A stretch of 64,000 bases of DNA from a virus: the IMG/VR virus record IMGVR_UViG_3300025425_000010, positions 1 to 64,000 of that record; one strand, written 5' to 3'. Position numbers and translations under genes: made by a program. Shown one piece after another: positions 29,885 through 40,187 of the stretch. The notes beneath the pieces were generated by a model. It saw only the letters and a program-made list of their open reading frames with translations, ran no database searches and had not been told where the DNA came from. Numbering within the stretch: position 1 is the first letter of the stretch; the number at the start of each line of letters is the position of its first letter.

Positions 29885-30634
29885 TCAATTTTTTTCACGT
29901 AGAAACTCGATAATATCAGTCATTGGTAGTCTTTTTCGGTTATCCTCATCGATGTATCGATTGGTAACTGTCATTTTAACACCGGATTGACCCTCAATAA
30001 GACCTACTCGTATTAGGTTATCATCTACCTTAATAAGTATGTGATCATCCTTCAATGAGATTGGTATTATATCTTTATCTGGATTCTCGTCCCAGTTATC
30101 TATTTCTTTTAAAAAGTGGAAATTTTCTTTTTCCATGAATTTTTGCTTAAACATGTCAATGAACTTGCTTCTTTTTTTCATAACCTTGTCTTTTGGTTGT
30201 CCGAAAACATCTTTGTGCTTGAATCCGATTGTTATGTGGAAATCGTGTTTTTTCAAAGCATATCGGTTTCTGATGGCAGTAAGTTTATCAGATTTACCCA
30301 CAACAAAGTAAGTAGTGTTAGTTCCGTTCGTTGCTGTACCGAGGCCCATAAGTTTAAGATCATCAATTTCATAGGTGAATAACTTACTTACTTGTTCGAC
30401 AAATTCGGACATACCAATCTCTTTACCAAGTGCTACATAGTCACCAGCATTGATTATGGTCATGTGGTGTCCATTTTCATCACGTTTTTGTTGGTTTCCA
30501 ACATATTCGTCATAATCATCACCGAGGTGTTCTTTTAATTCGCTCAAAAATGTTTGTATAAGACTTTTATCGAATTTAATTCCAATATAATTAAATCCTA
30601 TTACGTCTTTAACGTGTGTTAAGTAAGTTACCAT
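29885..30634 (-). CDS. 2H phosphoesterase (RNA-repair type)
   Basis: Two HxT motifs (HMT, HIT); adjacent to the CCA-adding enzyme. Confidence 0.75.
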   Translation of the reverse strand: MVTYLTHVKDVIGFNYIGIKFDKSLIQTFLSELKEHLGDDYDEYVGNQQKRDENGHHMTIINAGDYVALGKEIGMSEFVEQVSKLFTYEIDDLKLMGLGTATNGTNTTYFVVGKSDKLTAIRNRYALKKHDFHITIGFKHKDVFGQPKDKVMKKRSKFIDMFKQKFMEKENFHFLKEIDNWDENPDKDIIPISLKDDHILIKVDDNLIRVGLIEGQSGVKMTVTNRYIDEDNRKRLPMTDIIEFLREKN

Positions 30635-30638
30635 ATTA

Positions 30639-31244
30639 TTATTTATTAGAAATGAAAGTTCGAAAATCGGCAATATTACGTTTGGATATCTCTTGACCAA
30701 GTTCTCTACCCTGTTCCCACCCCTGATCGATGAGTTTTTTACCCCAATTTGTTGGTTGGTATTTTAAGAAATTCTTGTGTAAATCACCAAATCCTTCTAC
30801 TCTAATCCATTCGATTAAGTCAGATTCCTTGATATTCTCTACGTCCAAGTTCTTCTTATTTAGTTCATTTTTAAGTTTAACAGCGTTATCCTCTGTTAGA
30901 TTACTTAATTTTAACAGGAATTCAATCGTATCGGCCGTGTCACCATCAATCTTGTAATTCTTAGTCAGTTTCTTACTGAGACCATTAGTGTCCTCATTTT
31001 TGAATAGGTTAGTAAGACAAACATTAAAACTAGTTGTTTCGATGAGGTCGGTGTTTATGTTTGATCCTGGAAATACAAATTCAAACAATCCGAAATCGGT
31101 AAAATATTGTAAGTACTTGTTGTAATCGTTAGCTTGTACCCATGCCTTTTTCATCTCATCATAAATACGCTCACTGGATAATCCAGTTATCATGTAACCA
31201 TATTTCTTTATAGCTGTTTTGGTATCTCTGTTAATTTCTCCCAT
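30639..31244 (-). CDS. CCA-adding enzyme / poly(A) polymerase family, C-terminal fragment
   Basis: INRDTKTAI..LSSERIYDEMKK..GL...VFP..GKKLI..G..QGRELG continues the class II fold. Confidence 0.8.
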   Translation of the reverse strand: MGEINRDTKTAIKKYGYMITGLSSERIYDEMKKAWVQANDYNKYLQYFTDFGLFEFVFPGSNINTDLIETTSFNVCLTNLFKNEDTNGLSKKLTKNYKIDGDTADTIEFLLKLSNLTEDNAVKLKNELNKKNLDVENIKESDLIEWIRVEGFGDLHKNFLKYQPTNWGKKLIDQGWEQGRELGQEISKRNIADFRTFISNK

Positions 31245-32083
31245 ATTATCTTATCGAGTATTTTTTTATCCTTATGTATTTCATTTTCCCACAAAAATAG
31301 GAATTTTATTTCATTTTCGTTTAGATATGATATTTTTACTTTATCACGTTTTACATTTTTCAATTGCACTTCATTTAATTCATTAAAAAATTCTGTGTTC
31401 CCGTGCCAATAGTCTCCCTGACATTCAATTACAAAATTAAATTGGGGTATAAAGAAATCGAATACAAATTTTTTGAATCTTAATTGTTTTATATATTCAA
31501 TATTCATTTTTTTGAGTGTGTTTTCAACTATTATTTCAATTTTGGTATCTTTTTTAATTTTATTAGCAGCTAATGTCATCCTACCAATTACTTCGTCTTG
31601 TTCATCTTTTGTATATGAATTCCAAATTTTTTTTCGAGTTTTTGATTGATTTAGACTCATTTCATATATCTTTTTTGAGGAATATTTATCTAATCCTTTA
31701 TTCCAAGGGGTCTTACCATACATACCATTATTTTTACCCTTAGTGTCCAAATCTCCATTATTGTGGCGGTTTTTCATAATTTTAGATAATTTAATGGATG
31801 CTTTCTTAATACGTTCACTATTTTTCTTAGTAAGACCTATATTTGGTCCTTTTCTACCATACATACCATTCTTTGTTCCAGAATTTAACCGGCTTTTGAT
31901 AATGTATTTTTGTTCTGGTGAGTGCCTAAGTTTCAATTTATTGATTTTTAGTCGAATTGCTGATTTAGTTCTATGATGAAATTTTTCAACATACTTCCCA
32001 AATAGTTCAGATAATGATAACCCATTAAATTCATAGCACAATCTAAGATAATCTTCTTCCTCTTTGGTCCAATAAATTCTCAT
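31208..32083 (-). CDS. Free-standing homing endonuclease (NUMOD3-like repeats + DUF559/Vsr-like nuclease)
   Basis: NGMYG twice, PWNKGL, VFDFFIP..VIECQGDYWH, FLWE. Confidence 0.8.
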   Translation of the reverse strand: MRIYWTKEEEDYLRLCYEFNGLSLSELFGKYVEKFHHRTKSAIRLKINKLKLRHSPEQKYIIKSRLNSGTKNGMYGRKGPNIGLTKKNSERIKKASIKLSKIMKNRHNNGDLDTKGKNNGMYGKTPWNKGLDKYSSKKIYEMSLNQSKTRKKIWNSYTKDEQDEVIGRMTLAANKIKKDTKIEIIVENTLKKMNIEYIKQLRFKKFVFDFFIPQFNFVIECQGDYWHGNTEFFNELNEVQLKNVKRDKVKISYLNENEIKFLFLWENEIHKDKKILDKIIWEKLTEIPKQL

Positions 32084-32157
32084 ATTTATAAATCATTTCC
32101 TTATATATTAAAATAATATACCAGAAAACCCATTACATACACAATGCCTCTTAATTA

Positions 32158-32751
32158 CTATCTACAAGCAAATCGTAGAGTTCTTAATATTCGAAGGGGG
32201 TCTTCTTCTATTCTAAGTTTTGGATCACCAATCATTCGTATAACTCCATTTTTCAAATCAGTATATCCACCAACAAGGTCTATTATCTTTCGAGTTCTTA
32301 GATCAAAAAACATCCCATTTATGGTCAAATCTCTTCGAGTAACGTCTTCTTCGATAGTAACACCCAGTTTAACCTCAGGGTTTCTACCTTTTGATATATC
32401 TTGTCTGAATGTAGCTATCTCAACACCCTCTGGTTGATCATCTGTGAATACTACAACGACACCAAATGCCTCACCTTGTAGTTGTGTTCTATATCCTTTG
32501 AGAATCGCCATAACTTCATCTGGTAGAGCATCTGTTGCAACGTCAAAGTCTTTGGGGTCATGTCCTGTAATGAAATCTCGTACTGATCCACCTACGAGGT
32601 ATAGATTCTTACCAGCTTTGGTGAATAGTTTCGTAATCTCTTTTATGGAGTTTGGTACAATTTCATAAAGGCCATCAGCCTCGATTGGAATAAGAGCTAC
32701 ATTATTTTCCATAGATTCAACAAATATATGAAAATTATTTATCATCTTCAT
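32158..32751 (-). CDS. CCA-adding enzyme / poly(A) polymerase family, N-terminal catalytic fragment
   Basis: VGGSVRD..DFD, EIATFR, RRDLTIN, EDPLRILR..RF, then a stop codon. Confidence 0.9.
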   Translation of the reverse strand: MKMINNFHIFVESMENNVALIPIEADGLYEIVPNSIKEITKLFTKAGKNLYLVGGSVRDFITGHDPKDFDVATDALPDEVMAILKGYRTQLQGEAFGVVVVFTDDQPEGVEIATFRQDISKGRNPEVKLGVTIEEDVTRRDLTINGMFFDLRTRKIIDLVGGYTDLKNGVIRMIGDPKLRIEEDPLRILRTLRFACR

Positions 32752-32756
32752 ATTAA

Positions 32757-33194
32757 CTACACATCAGCTAAAGGCTGATGTGTTTCTACGTCACAAGCAC
32801 GATGTAACCATCCACTTTGTGTGACGCTGGGTTTGTTCCTCAACCCAAAATTTCTTATATTTTTAGCAGCATTTATATCTCTATCGTGATTGGTTCCACA
32901 TTTACAAGTCCATTCCCGGTCATTTAAAGATAATTCTTTATTGATAACTCCACAATTAGAACACGTTTTACTGGATGGGTCAAATCTACCAATAACGGAT
33001 AGATTTTTACCATACAATTTACATTTATATTCCAACATTGACCTGAAATCAAACCAACCCATATCTTTAGCTCCTTCTGTTTCTATTTTATCTGCTCTAC
33101 GACCATGTTTTATTTTACGAGCATATTCAGATGCTTTAACTAATTTCTCTGGTGATAACTCCTCATATGTCTTTATATATCTTAAATTGTCCAT
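32757..33194 (-). pseudogene. tnpB: Truncated TnpB (Zn finger + RuvC-III) fused to a phage tagged N-terminus; element right end at ~32752
   Basis: WFDFRSMLEYKC, PSSKTCSNCG..REWTC.CG..HDRDINAAKNI. The N-terminal ~40 aa are not TnpB-like. Confidence 0.85.
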
Positions 33195-33943
33195 TTTAAT
33201 TTGTTTATATTTAATTTATCTATTAGTTTGGAAACATCTTTTGGATCCATTCCATAATCAATAAGTATATCTAATTCACTGAATGCATTTTCTATGTGAG
33301 AAGTTTCGTCATTTTTATATGAGTTTATAGACAGATAATGTATTCTTCTACCGAAAATATTAGCTAGTGTTGATTTGAATTTCTTAGCTTCTTTTCGGCT
33401 GCTGAATTTAACAGAACCATATTCACCGTCAAAGATATCGATTCCACTTAGATTGAAATGGTCAATACCAACTTTAAAATCGATTGTAAATGTGTTTATG
33501 TTATGATATCCCAATTCTAAATCATCCATTAGAAATTCAGCATCATCACCTTTATAATCATCAAATAGGTGATTTATATATTTTTCGGTTGGAATAAGTA
33601 ATAGATGGAAATATAGATTGATATATTCTCTAAAATCATCTTCTGTATCATATTGTTCAACGGTCATATCCTTATCAAATATAATTATGAAATTAAAATT
33701 ACCGTTATCTTCGAAGTCATAATCTGCCAATCCGTCCGGGATGGTAACTCCTAATGTACCGAATTGTGCATATTTTTTCCTAAGTTTTTCTGATTCTACT
33801 AGTACTTTTTTCTTAATTTCTATGTATGAATGTGAAATCAATCTAGCGCCTCTTTCTTGATGTCCAAGTTCTCGAAGTTGCCTACCAGCTTTCCTATAAA
33901 TACCAGAACTAATTTCTTCGTTGAATTTTCTAAGGTGTTTCAT
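33182..33943 (-). CDS. Hypothetical protein with N-terminal tag
   Basis: Probable start MKHLRKFNEE. Confidence 0.7.
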   Translation of the reverse strand: MKHLRKFNEEISSGIYRKAGRQLRELGHQERGARLISHSYIEIKKKVLVESEKLRKKYAQFGTLGVTIPDGLADYDFEDNGNFNFIIIFDKDMTVEQYDTEDDFREYINLYFHLLLIPTEKYINHLFDDYKGDDAEFLMDDLELGYHNINTFTIDFKVGIDHFNLSGIDIFDGEYGSVKFSSRKEAKKFKSTLANIFGRRIHYLSINSYKNDETSHIENAFSELDILIDYGMDPKDVSKLIDKLNINKLKWTI

Positions 33944-33962
33944 GTTTTCAATATCTATTTTC

Positions 33963-33974
33963 AATATATATATT
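33963..33974. promoter_or_regulatory. Palindromic bidirectional late-promoter candidate AATATATATATT
   Basis: Lies between two divergent tagged genes starting at 33943 and 33978. Confidence 0.6.
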
Positions 33975-33977
33975 AAT

Positions 33978-34217
33978 ATGAGATTCTTAAAAACGTTTGA
34001 AGGCTTTAAAGTAAATAATATAGAACACAGTGATATCATAAAGGTTATTAAAAACAGAGGTCGTTTGTATGCAAGTTCGATAAAGGATTTATCAGATGCT
34101 GACCCGAAAGAGCCATTGGTACCTGTGAGTGTTGATAATGATGGACTTATAACTGTTTTATACGATAGTGGTGAGTATGAGGTTAGTCTTGATAATGTGG
34201 ATAGGATTGAATTTTAA
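33978..34217 (+). CDS. Small hypothetical protein with N-terminal tag
   Basis: Probable start MRFLKTFE. Confidence 0.7.
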   Translation: MRFLKTFEGFKVNNIEHSDIIKVIKNRGRLYASSIKDLSDADPKEPLVPVSVDNDGLITVLYDSGEYEVSLDNVDRIEF

Positions 34218-34228
34218 ATAATAATAAT

Positions 34229-34597
34229 ATGGAACACCTGAGAAAATTTAATGAAGATAATGGTATATCTGAAAGAAACTCGTTATTATTCTCCGATTGA
34301 GATGAATTGATTTCTGAGGATTTCGATAAGATACATAGTAGTGGTAGAAATGTATATATGGTCGATACTGATTATAAAATAAAAGTAGTTCCTGATTATA
34401 AAGCACTGAAAAATTTCACAGTTTTTGGTGGGAAAAATGTAGAACCAGCTGAACTATTTAAATATTTACTTTTTGTTGAGAGTAGTAAAATTGAGAATAT
34501 GCAGAAGATGATTGATAGTGTAATGGATATTAAGAAAGCTTATGATGATAAAATCAGAGAACAGCTTAATCACGTATTATACCTATCACAACAATAA
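34229..34597 (+). pseudogene. Tagged hypothetical protein with an in-frame TGA at 34298-34300
   Basis: MEHLRKFNE...LFSD*DELISED is in frame with ORF 34307-34597. Confidence 0.6.
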
Positions 34598-34665
34598 TAA
34601 TCTTAACATCAAACCTCTGAAGTAAAGGATATTTTTGTATAAAATATCTAACTGTTAAGATATGG

Positions 34666-36555
34666 TTAATTTGTTAATAATTCAAATTTCATTTTACCAC
34701 AATCATATATTCTTAGGTGTCCTGACTCTTTCATATATTGTGATTCCGTCATACTCACTTCTAATTTTAATTTGGATTTCCGGTATGAGGATTTGTGTTT
34801 TCTTTTCCCATTAATTATGTAGGAATAATCTGGTTTGGATTCAGATATTTTATCGAATCCCAGTTTTTTATATAGGTTACCGTTACTCCAGCTCATATCG
34901 GCATAACTTATAATACGTTCAGCTTTATTCATATCTATGAAATGTTTGAGTAGTTTTGATGCACCACCAACTATAGTATGTTCCGATTTATTACAGAAAC
35001 GTGAAAGATTCCACCCACTTTCTAACATTTTTTTGCGGCCTTCTGATTTATCGAATGTCATTATACTAACCAACTCACCATCACAAATTAACCCCAGTGA
35101 TTTCTTAATAGTCTTGTTATATCCCTGTATATGGTTGTTATTCAAGAATTCACGTATGATATTGTTATCGAATAATTCGATAATATCACATTTCCTGGCA
35201 AATATTCGGGTTGTTGTCTTGATTAACATATTGGATATCATTGACTTTTGTATAACATTCTTATATATCCACTCATCTTCCCATATATGTATTATGCGTA
35301 TGTCCCTATCTAGAAAATGTTTAGTCTTTTTTTGGTGATAGTTCCTGTCCTTATTCGCCTCTGAATGCCAGTATAATCCATTATACTCAAAACCTATTTT
35401 AAGTGCTGGTAGGTAAATATCTATCTCCAAACCATCACGATATGATTGTATGATTTCACCGTCATAAATTGATGATATAAATTCAAATAGTTCCTGTTCT
35501 CTGATGGATATAGTATTCTTAATAGGATGGCACACCGTACACATTGGTAAATTTTGTTTTTTTCTACTGAAATAGTTATCAGTGTGTATTTCAAAATTGT
35601 GTTCCTTATCACAACGAAAAAGAGAAATTCTACTTCCTATATAGGAAATATATACATCATCACTACCTATTATGGTATTTTCTTTACGGAAAATATCACT
35701 TGATGTGTTGTTTGTTGTGCCAAATTTTTCTACATTATTTACTTCTCGTATATTTTTAATATCGTTGTTCTGTATTGGATATTCAAATCCATACCTTTCT
35801 AGATTTGTTACACGTATCCGTTTCTTTATGATGTCTGACTTTAATGGGTTATCTACATTATAATTACTCAGTAGTGTTTCTTTGGATTTTTTCTGTATCT
35901 CATTGGATAATAGTGGTGATCTATATCCATACCTTTCTAAATTGGTTTCAATAATCTTTTGCTTGACCTCATCGGATTTTGATGGGGTTTCAAAACCATA
36001 CCTTTCTAGATTAGTTTTCTTAGATTTATCTCTAACTACATCAGATTGTAGTGACCACTCAACACCATATTTACCCAGGTTAGTTTTTTTCACTTTGTCT
36101 TTATATTCATCTGTTTTAGTGAAATTATCAACACCATACCTTTCTAGATTAGTTTCAATTATTTTATCCTTCACCATATCACTCTGAAACGAGTGACTAA
36201 CTCCATACCTTTCTACATTTGTATTTATTCGATTTTTTTTAACAGATTCTAATTGTGATATGTTGTTAGCACCAGTAGTTTCCCTGAGGATTTGTCTTCT
36301 TTTAACATCACCACATTTATGAGAACAACAGAACAAACCCCCTTTTAAAATGCTTCTATTGTATAATTTGTATGTGATGTCTACATCATTCTCACAAATA
36401 TCACACTTGGCTCTTATAATTGAATTTGATCCGTGTGTGAGTTCTTCGACTTTAACTTCGATAATATCACCAGAAACAACAATATATCCGATATTATTAA
36501 AATGTTTTTTGTTTTGTGGGAATATCTTAATGTGTATTGTTTTGGTTAATATCAT
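34666..36555 (-). CDS. KYG-repeat homing-endonuclease-like protein, copy 2
   Basis: Same architecture as 1786-3729. Confidence 0.8.
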   Translation of the reverse strand: MILTKTIHIKIFPQNKKHFNNIGYIVVSGDIIEVKVEELTHGSNSIIRAKCDICENDVDITYKLYNRSILKGGLFCCSHKCGDVKRRQILRETTGANNISQLESVKKNRINTNVERYGVSHSFQSDMVKDKIIETNLERYGVDNFTKTDEYKDKVKKTNLGKYGVEWSLQSDVVRDKSKKTNLERYGFETPSKSDEVKQKIIETNLERYGYRSPLLSNEIQKKSKETLLSNYNVDNPLKSDIIKKRIRVTNLERYGFEYPIQNNDIKNIREVNNVEKFGTTNNTSSDIFRKENTIIGSDDVYISYIGSRISLFRCDKEHNFEIHTDNYFSRKKQNLPMCTVCHPIKNTISIREQELFEFISSIYDGEIIQSYRDGLEIDIYLPALKIGFEYNGLYWHSEANKDRNYHQKKTKHFLDRDIRIIHIWEDEWIYKNVIQKSMISNMLIKTTTRIFARKCDIIELFDNNIIREFLNNNHIQGYNKTIKKSLGLICDGELVSIMTFDKSEGRKKMLESGWNLSRFCNKSEHTIVGGASKLLKHFIDMNKAERIISYADMSWSNGNLYKKLGFDKISESKPDYSYIINGKRKHKSSYRKSKLKLEVSMTESQYMKESGHLRIYDCGKMKFELLTN

Positions 36556-36666
36556 GGTATTTACGTGAGTGTTTTAACCTATATATATAAAAGTGGATGA
36601 TTAGTTTCCATTTATGTCCTAGGTGGAACGATAGTATCTAATATATAAAGAAAATGTATATGTATT

Positions 36667-38553
36667 ATGATATTAGATGAATATGTGAAAGTAGAGTTGG
36701 TGAATAGGAACTATAAAAAATTATCAAGTAAGTATGGTCTCAAAGATGTATCAGTTGGTGATATTGTTGAAATACCAATTAATAAATTATCTAAATCATC
36801 ACACTACATGGTTAATGTATCCTGTGATTATTGTGATATTAATTTAGAGGTTCCGTTTAAACGGTATAATAAGAGTACTGAGGTTATTGATAAATACTCA
36901 TGTTCGAATAAGGATTGCTCAAACCAAAAGATTAAAGATGTCTGTCAAGAAAAATATGGTGTCGATAATCCCTTCCAATCCAAAAATGTTAAAAAGAAGA
37001 TTAAAGAAACCATGTTGTATAAATATGGAGTTGAACACCCAATGTTTTTAGAAGAAACAAAAGGGAAAATAAAAGATACTTGTTTGGAAAGGTATGGTGT
37101 TGATAACTATACTAAAACCGATGAATATAAAGTAAAAACAAAGGAAACAAATTTGGAGAGATATGGTGTGGAGTGGGCTATGCAATCGGATGTTATCAAA
37201 GAACGATCCAAGAAGTCCAGTCTGAAGATATATGGAGTAGACCACCCACACAAATCGAAAGTGGTAAGGGATAAATTTATAGAAACCAACATGAATAATT
37301 GTGGGTTTCCTACAAATCTAATGTGTCCAGATAATATTGAACAAGTTAAACATACAAACTTGGATAGATATGGGGTTGAGTATCCACTACAGTCGGAAGA
37401 AATTAAAGATAAAATAAAAATTACTTGTTTAGAAAGATATGGGGTTGATAATCCATTAAAAAGTAAATTGGTTAGAGATAAAATGTATAATACAAATATT
37501 GAAAGATATGGTAATAAATATGTAAGTATGAGTCCTGTTGTACGTAGTAATTTTAAAATGTGTTGTGATGATAATTATATTAAATACCTCGGTAATAATT
37601 ATTCTTCATTTAAATGTTATAAAGGTCATAATTTCAAAATATCAACAAATAATTACTACGGTAGGATGAGTTATGGAACTGTACTTTGTACTGAATGTTA
37701 TCCAATCGGTGATACTGTTTCTATAAATGAGCAAGAAGTTTATAATTATATCAAAGAAATTTATGATGGTGAAATCATACAATCATATCGTGATGGTTTG
37801 GAGATAGATATTTACCTACCAGCACTTAAAATAGGTTTTGAGTATAATGGATTATACTGGCATTCGGATAAATACAAAGATAAAAACTACCATTCGGATA
37901 AAACCAAGTTTTTCAAAGAACGAGGAATACGTATAATACACATCTGGGAAGATGATTGTGTGTTGAAACGTAATATTATAAAGAGTCAAATATCCAATAT
38001 GGTAGGTTTAGTTGTTAATAAGGTATATGGTAGGACGTGTGTAATAAAGGAGTTAGTGGATATTAAGATGTGTAGGAAGTTTTTGGATGATAACCATATA
38101 CAAGGATTTGTACCATCCACACTGAAACTTGGACTATTTTATAGTGGTGAATTGGTTAGTATAATGACATTTGATAAGTTTGAAGGGCGGAAGAAAATGG
38201 AAGAAAATGGGTGGACATTATCCCGGTTTTGTTCTAAAATTGATTATAGTGTAATTGGTGGGTTTACAAAATTACTCAATAATTTTATAAAAATATATAA
38301 CCCAATTAGAATTGTGAGTTATTCTGATAATGATTGGAGTCTGGGTGGTATATATGAAACATCTGGTTTCTCAAAAGTGTCTGATGTACCCATAGACTAT
38401 AAATACATAATAGATGGTGTTCGTGTGAATAAGTCAAAATTTAGAAAATCTAACTTACCAGGGGATTTATCGGAATCTCAGTACATGTCTAGTAATGGTA
38501 TTCTACGAGTCTATAATTGTGGTAAAAGTAAATATGAGATGATATTATCTTAA
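36667..38553 (+). CDS. KYG-repeat homing-endonuclease-like protein, copy 3
   Basis: Same architecture; divergently oriented from copy 2. Confidence 0.8.
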   Translation: MILDEYVKVELVNRNYKKLSSKYGLKDVSVGDIVEIPINKLSKSSHYMVNVSCDYCDINLEVPFKRYNKSTEVIDKYSCSNKDCSNQKIKDVCQEKYGVDNPFQSKNVKKKIKETMLYKYGVEHPMFLEETKGKIKDTCLERYGVDNYTKTDEYKVKTKETNLERYGVEWAMQSDVIKERSKKSSLKIYGVDHPHKSKVVRDKFIETNMNNCGFPTNLMCPDNIEQVKHTNLDRYGVEYPLQSEEIKDKIKITCLERYGVDNPLKSKLVRDKMYNTNIERYGNKYVSMSPVVRSNFKMCCDDNYIKYLGNNYSSFKCYKGHNFKISTNNYYGRMSYGTVLCTECYPIGDTVSINEQEVYNYIKEIYDGEIIQSYRDGLEIDIYLPALKIGFEYNGLYWHSDKYKDKNYHSDKTKFFKERGIRIIHIWEDDCVLKRNIIKSQISNMVGLVVNKVYGRTCVIKELVDIKMCRKFLDDNHIQGFVPSTLKLGLFYSGELVSIMTFDKFEGRKKMEENGWTLSRFCSKIDYSVIGGFTKLLNNFIKIYNPIRIVSYSDNDWSLGGIYETSGFSKVSDVPIDYKYIIDGVRVNKSKFRKSNLPGDLSESQYMSSNGILRVYNCGKSKYEMILS

Positions 38554-38554
38554 T

Positions 38555-38589
38555 AAAAAGTGGATGGTCAGTTACCCGACCATCCACTT
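38555..38589. terminator. Rho-independent terminator
   Basis: AAGTGGATGGTC...GACCATCCACTT hairpin between convergent genes. Confidence 0.8.
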
Positions 38590-38612
38590 ACAAACAAACA
38601 CAAACCAAATTC

Positions 38613-40061
38613 TTAGTGAGTTTCTTCGAGTACGATTTGTTTAACACCCTTCTTGGAGTTATGTGAGATTGGCATCTCAACACCCACAGAGATCATAAGT
38701 ACTCGACCATTTACTTTGGAAAGGTCCAAAGTGTCAGTATATCCGTCACTCAAAACTACAGTGTTGAACTCGTTGTAGTGTTCAACTACGTAATCTATTG
38801 AAGGTTGAATTACAGTACCACCAAGACCTTTAATCTTCATAGTTTCAAGTTGTCTTTTCTTCTTGAACTTCTGTACCCATTTGACATCGGTATCACCTTG
38901 GATGAAGTTAATTTCGATATCGTTTTGGTACACATAATTCAATACTCGTTCAAAAGTACCTTGACCACCCATTGATCCTGATGTATCAAGTATAACGTTG
39001 ATAGTAGTCTTTACTTTACGGTTACCTTTAAGACCATTGATACCTCTTCTGTTAATTTTGGTAATAGTCTTATGTTTCTTGGTACCGAAGATTTGGTTAG
39101 AGATGGTACGTTTGATTTCTTTCAAGTAATCTTTACGTTTCTTCTGAAGTCTATTCAGAGTTGTTTCGATATTACCGGAAGCCAATCCACGAGCTGCTAA
39201 TCGATCCATTACATCACGTACCATTGTCTCTCTCATTTCTTCTGGAACTTCGTCAGTCATGTGTGAATCGAGGTATTGTCCTTCATTCTTCTCCATGTCT
39301 GAGAAGATTTGTTCTTTCGACCAAGTATCCATTGAACCATTACCTGATGGATTCTGACCATAAGGACCATATGATGGTTTTCCTTTGGAGTCTTTACCAC
39401 CCTCGTTACCAGTTCCGTTACAGTCTGGACATGGTGATCCACTACCTTCTCCTTGTCCTTCACCACCTTCTCCTTGTCCTTCACCTTTTTCGCCAGAATC
39501 AGATGGTTTCTCACCACTACCATCACAAGTTTCACACTTGGCTTGATCCTCATCTTTTTCGTTCTGTTCTTGTTCCCACTTGTCTTTTTCTTCTCTCAAC
39601 CAAGTGTAAAGTTCTTCAAAGATAAGTTTACCAGTATATTCTTTTGGTAGAAACAAAGCCATGTTCTTACCTGATTCATCTTTTGGAACTTCAACGAAGT
39701 TGTGTGAGATATCTTCCCAAATGATGTGATTGATAATCATATCCTGAGCGATGTTCGACAACTTGTGATCATACTGACCAGTAATCGTTCTTCGTGGGTG
39801 TCTAAACAATAAGTGGAAATCTTCGTGTAATGTTACGAAATTAACTTCTTTCTGTGACATGTTCTGTAAGAACTTCGGTGAGTAGTAGAAGTTCATACCT
39901 TTTGTAGTAACATTCACACCACATGTTGGTATGCTGTTAGTTTCGTGAAAATTGACATTCAAGTTAAACTCACCGTAGTAAGGTAGATTGACTTTCGTAT
40001 CAATTAACATTTCTTGAATCGATGTTAAAAGTTTTTCGTGGATGTTTTTGTTTATAATCAT
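38613..40061 (-). CDS. VWA-like / putative metallopeptidase (DUF2201-type), MoxR partner
   Basis: LHEDFH (HExxH), N.AQD..IN, CxxCxGxG insert, ILDTSGSMG (MIDAS), GGT, LSDG. TATCTTTG box at 40095-40102. Confidence 0.85.
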   Translation of the reverse strand: MIINKNIHEKLLTSIQEMLIDTKVNLPYYGEFNLNVNFHETNSIPTCGVNVTTKGMNFYYSPKFLQNMSQKEVNFVTLHEDFHLLFRHPRRTITGQYDHKLSNIAQDMIINHIIWEDISHNFVEVPKDESGKNMALFLPKEYTGKLIFEELYTWLREEKDKWEQEQNEKDEDQAKCETCDGSGEKPSDSGEKGEGQGEGGEGQGEGSGSPCPDCNGTGNEGGKDSKGKPSYGPYGQNPSGNGSMDTWSKEQIFSDMEKNEGQYLDSHMTDEVPEEMRETMVRDVMDRLAARGLASGNIETTLNRLQKKRKDYLKEIKRTISNQIFGTKKHKTITKINRRGINGLKGNRKVKTTINVILDTSGSMGGQGTFERVLNYVYQNDIEINFIQGDTDVKWVQKFKKKRQLETMKIKGLGGTVIQPSIDYVVEHYNEFNTVVLSDGYTDTLDLSKVNGRVLMISVGVEMPISHNSKKGVKQIVLEETH

Positions 40062-40187
40062 ATCTTTCTTATTATGTTTTATTGATTTGTTTAACAAAGA
40101 TAGTTAATATTACCAACTATCATAATTTATATACAACTATTACGGAGAATTTATATTTAATATATATTAAAAAGTAATTATGTTAAT

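Noticed and set aside
31208-32157. Group I intron or ribosomal bypass in the CCA-adding enzyme gene
   Set aside because: Only ~75 non-coding nt with no visible core structure, the endonuclease overlaps the downstream part, and the ~900-nt gap is far longer than the T4 gene 60 bypass. RT-PCR would be decisive.
36588-38566. AAAAGTGGATG repeated on both sides of endonuclease copy 3 as an insertion footprint
   Set aside because: Only 11 bp in AT-rich DNA; suggestive but not supportable without an empty allele.
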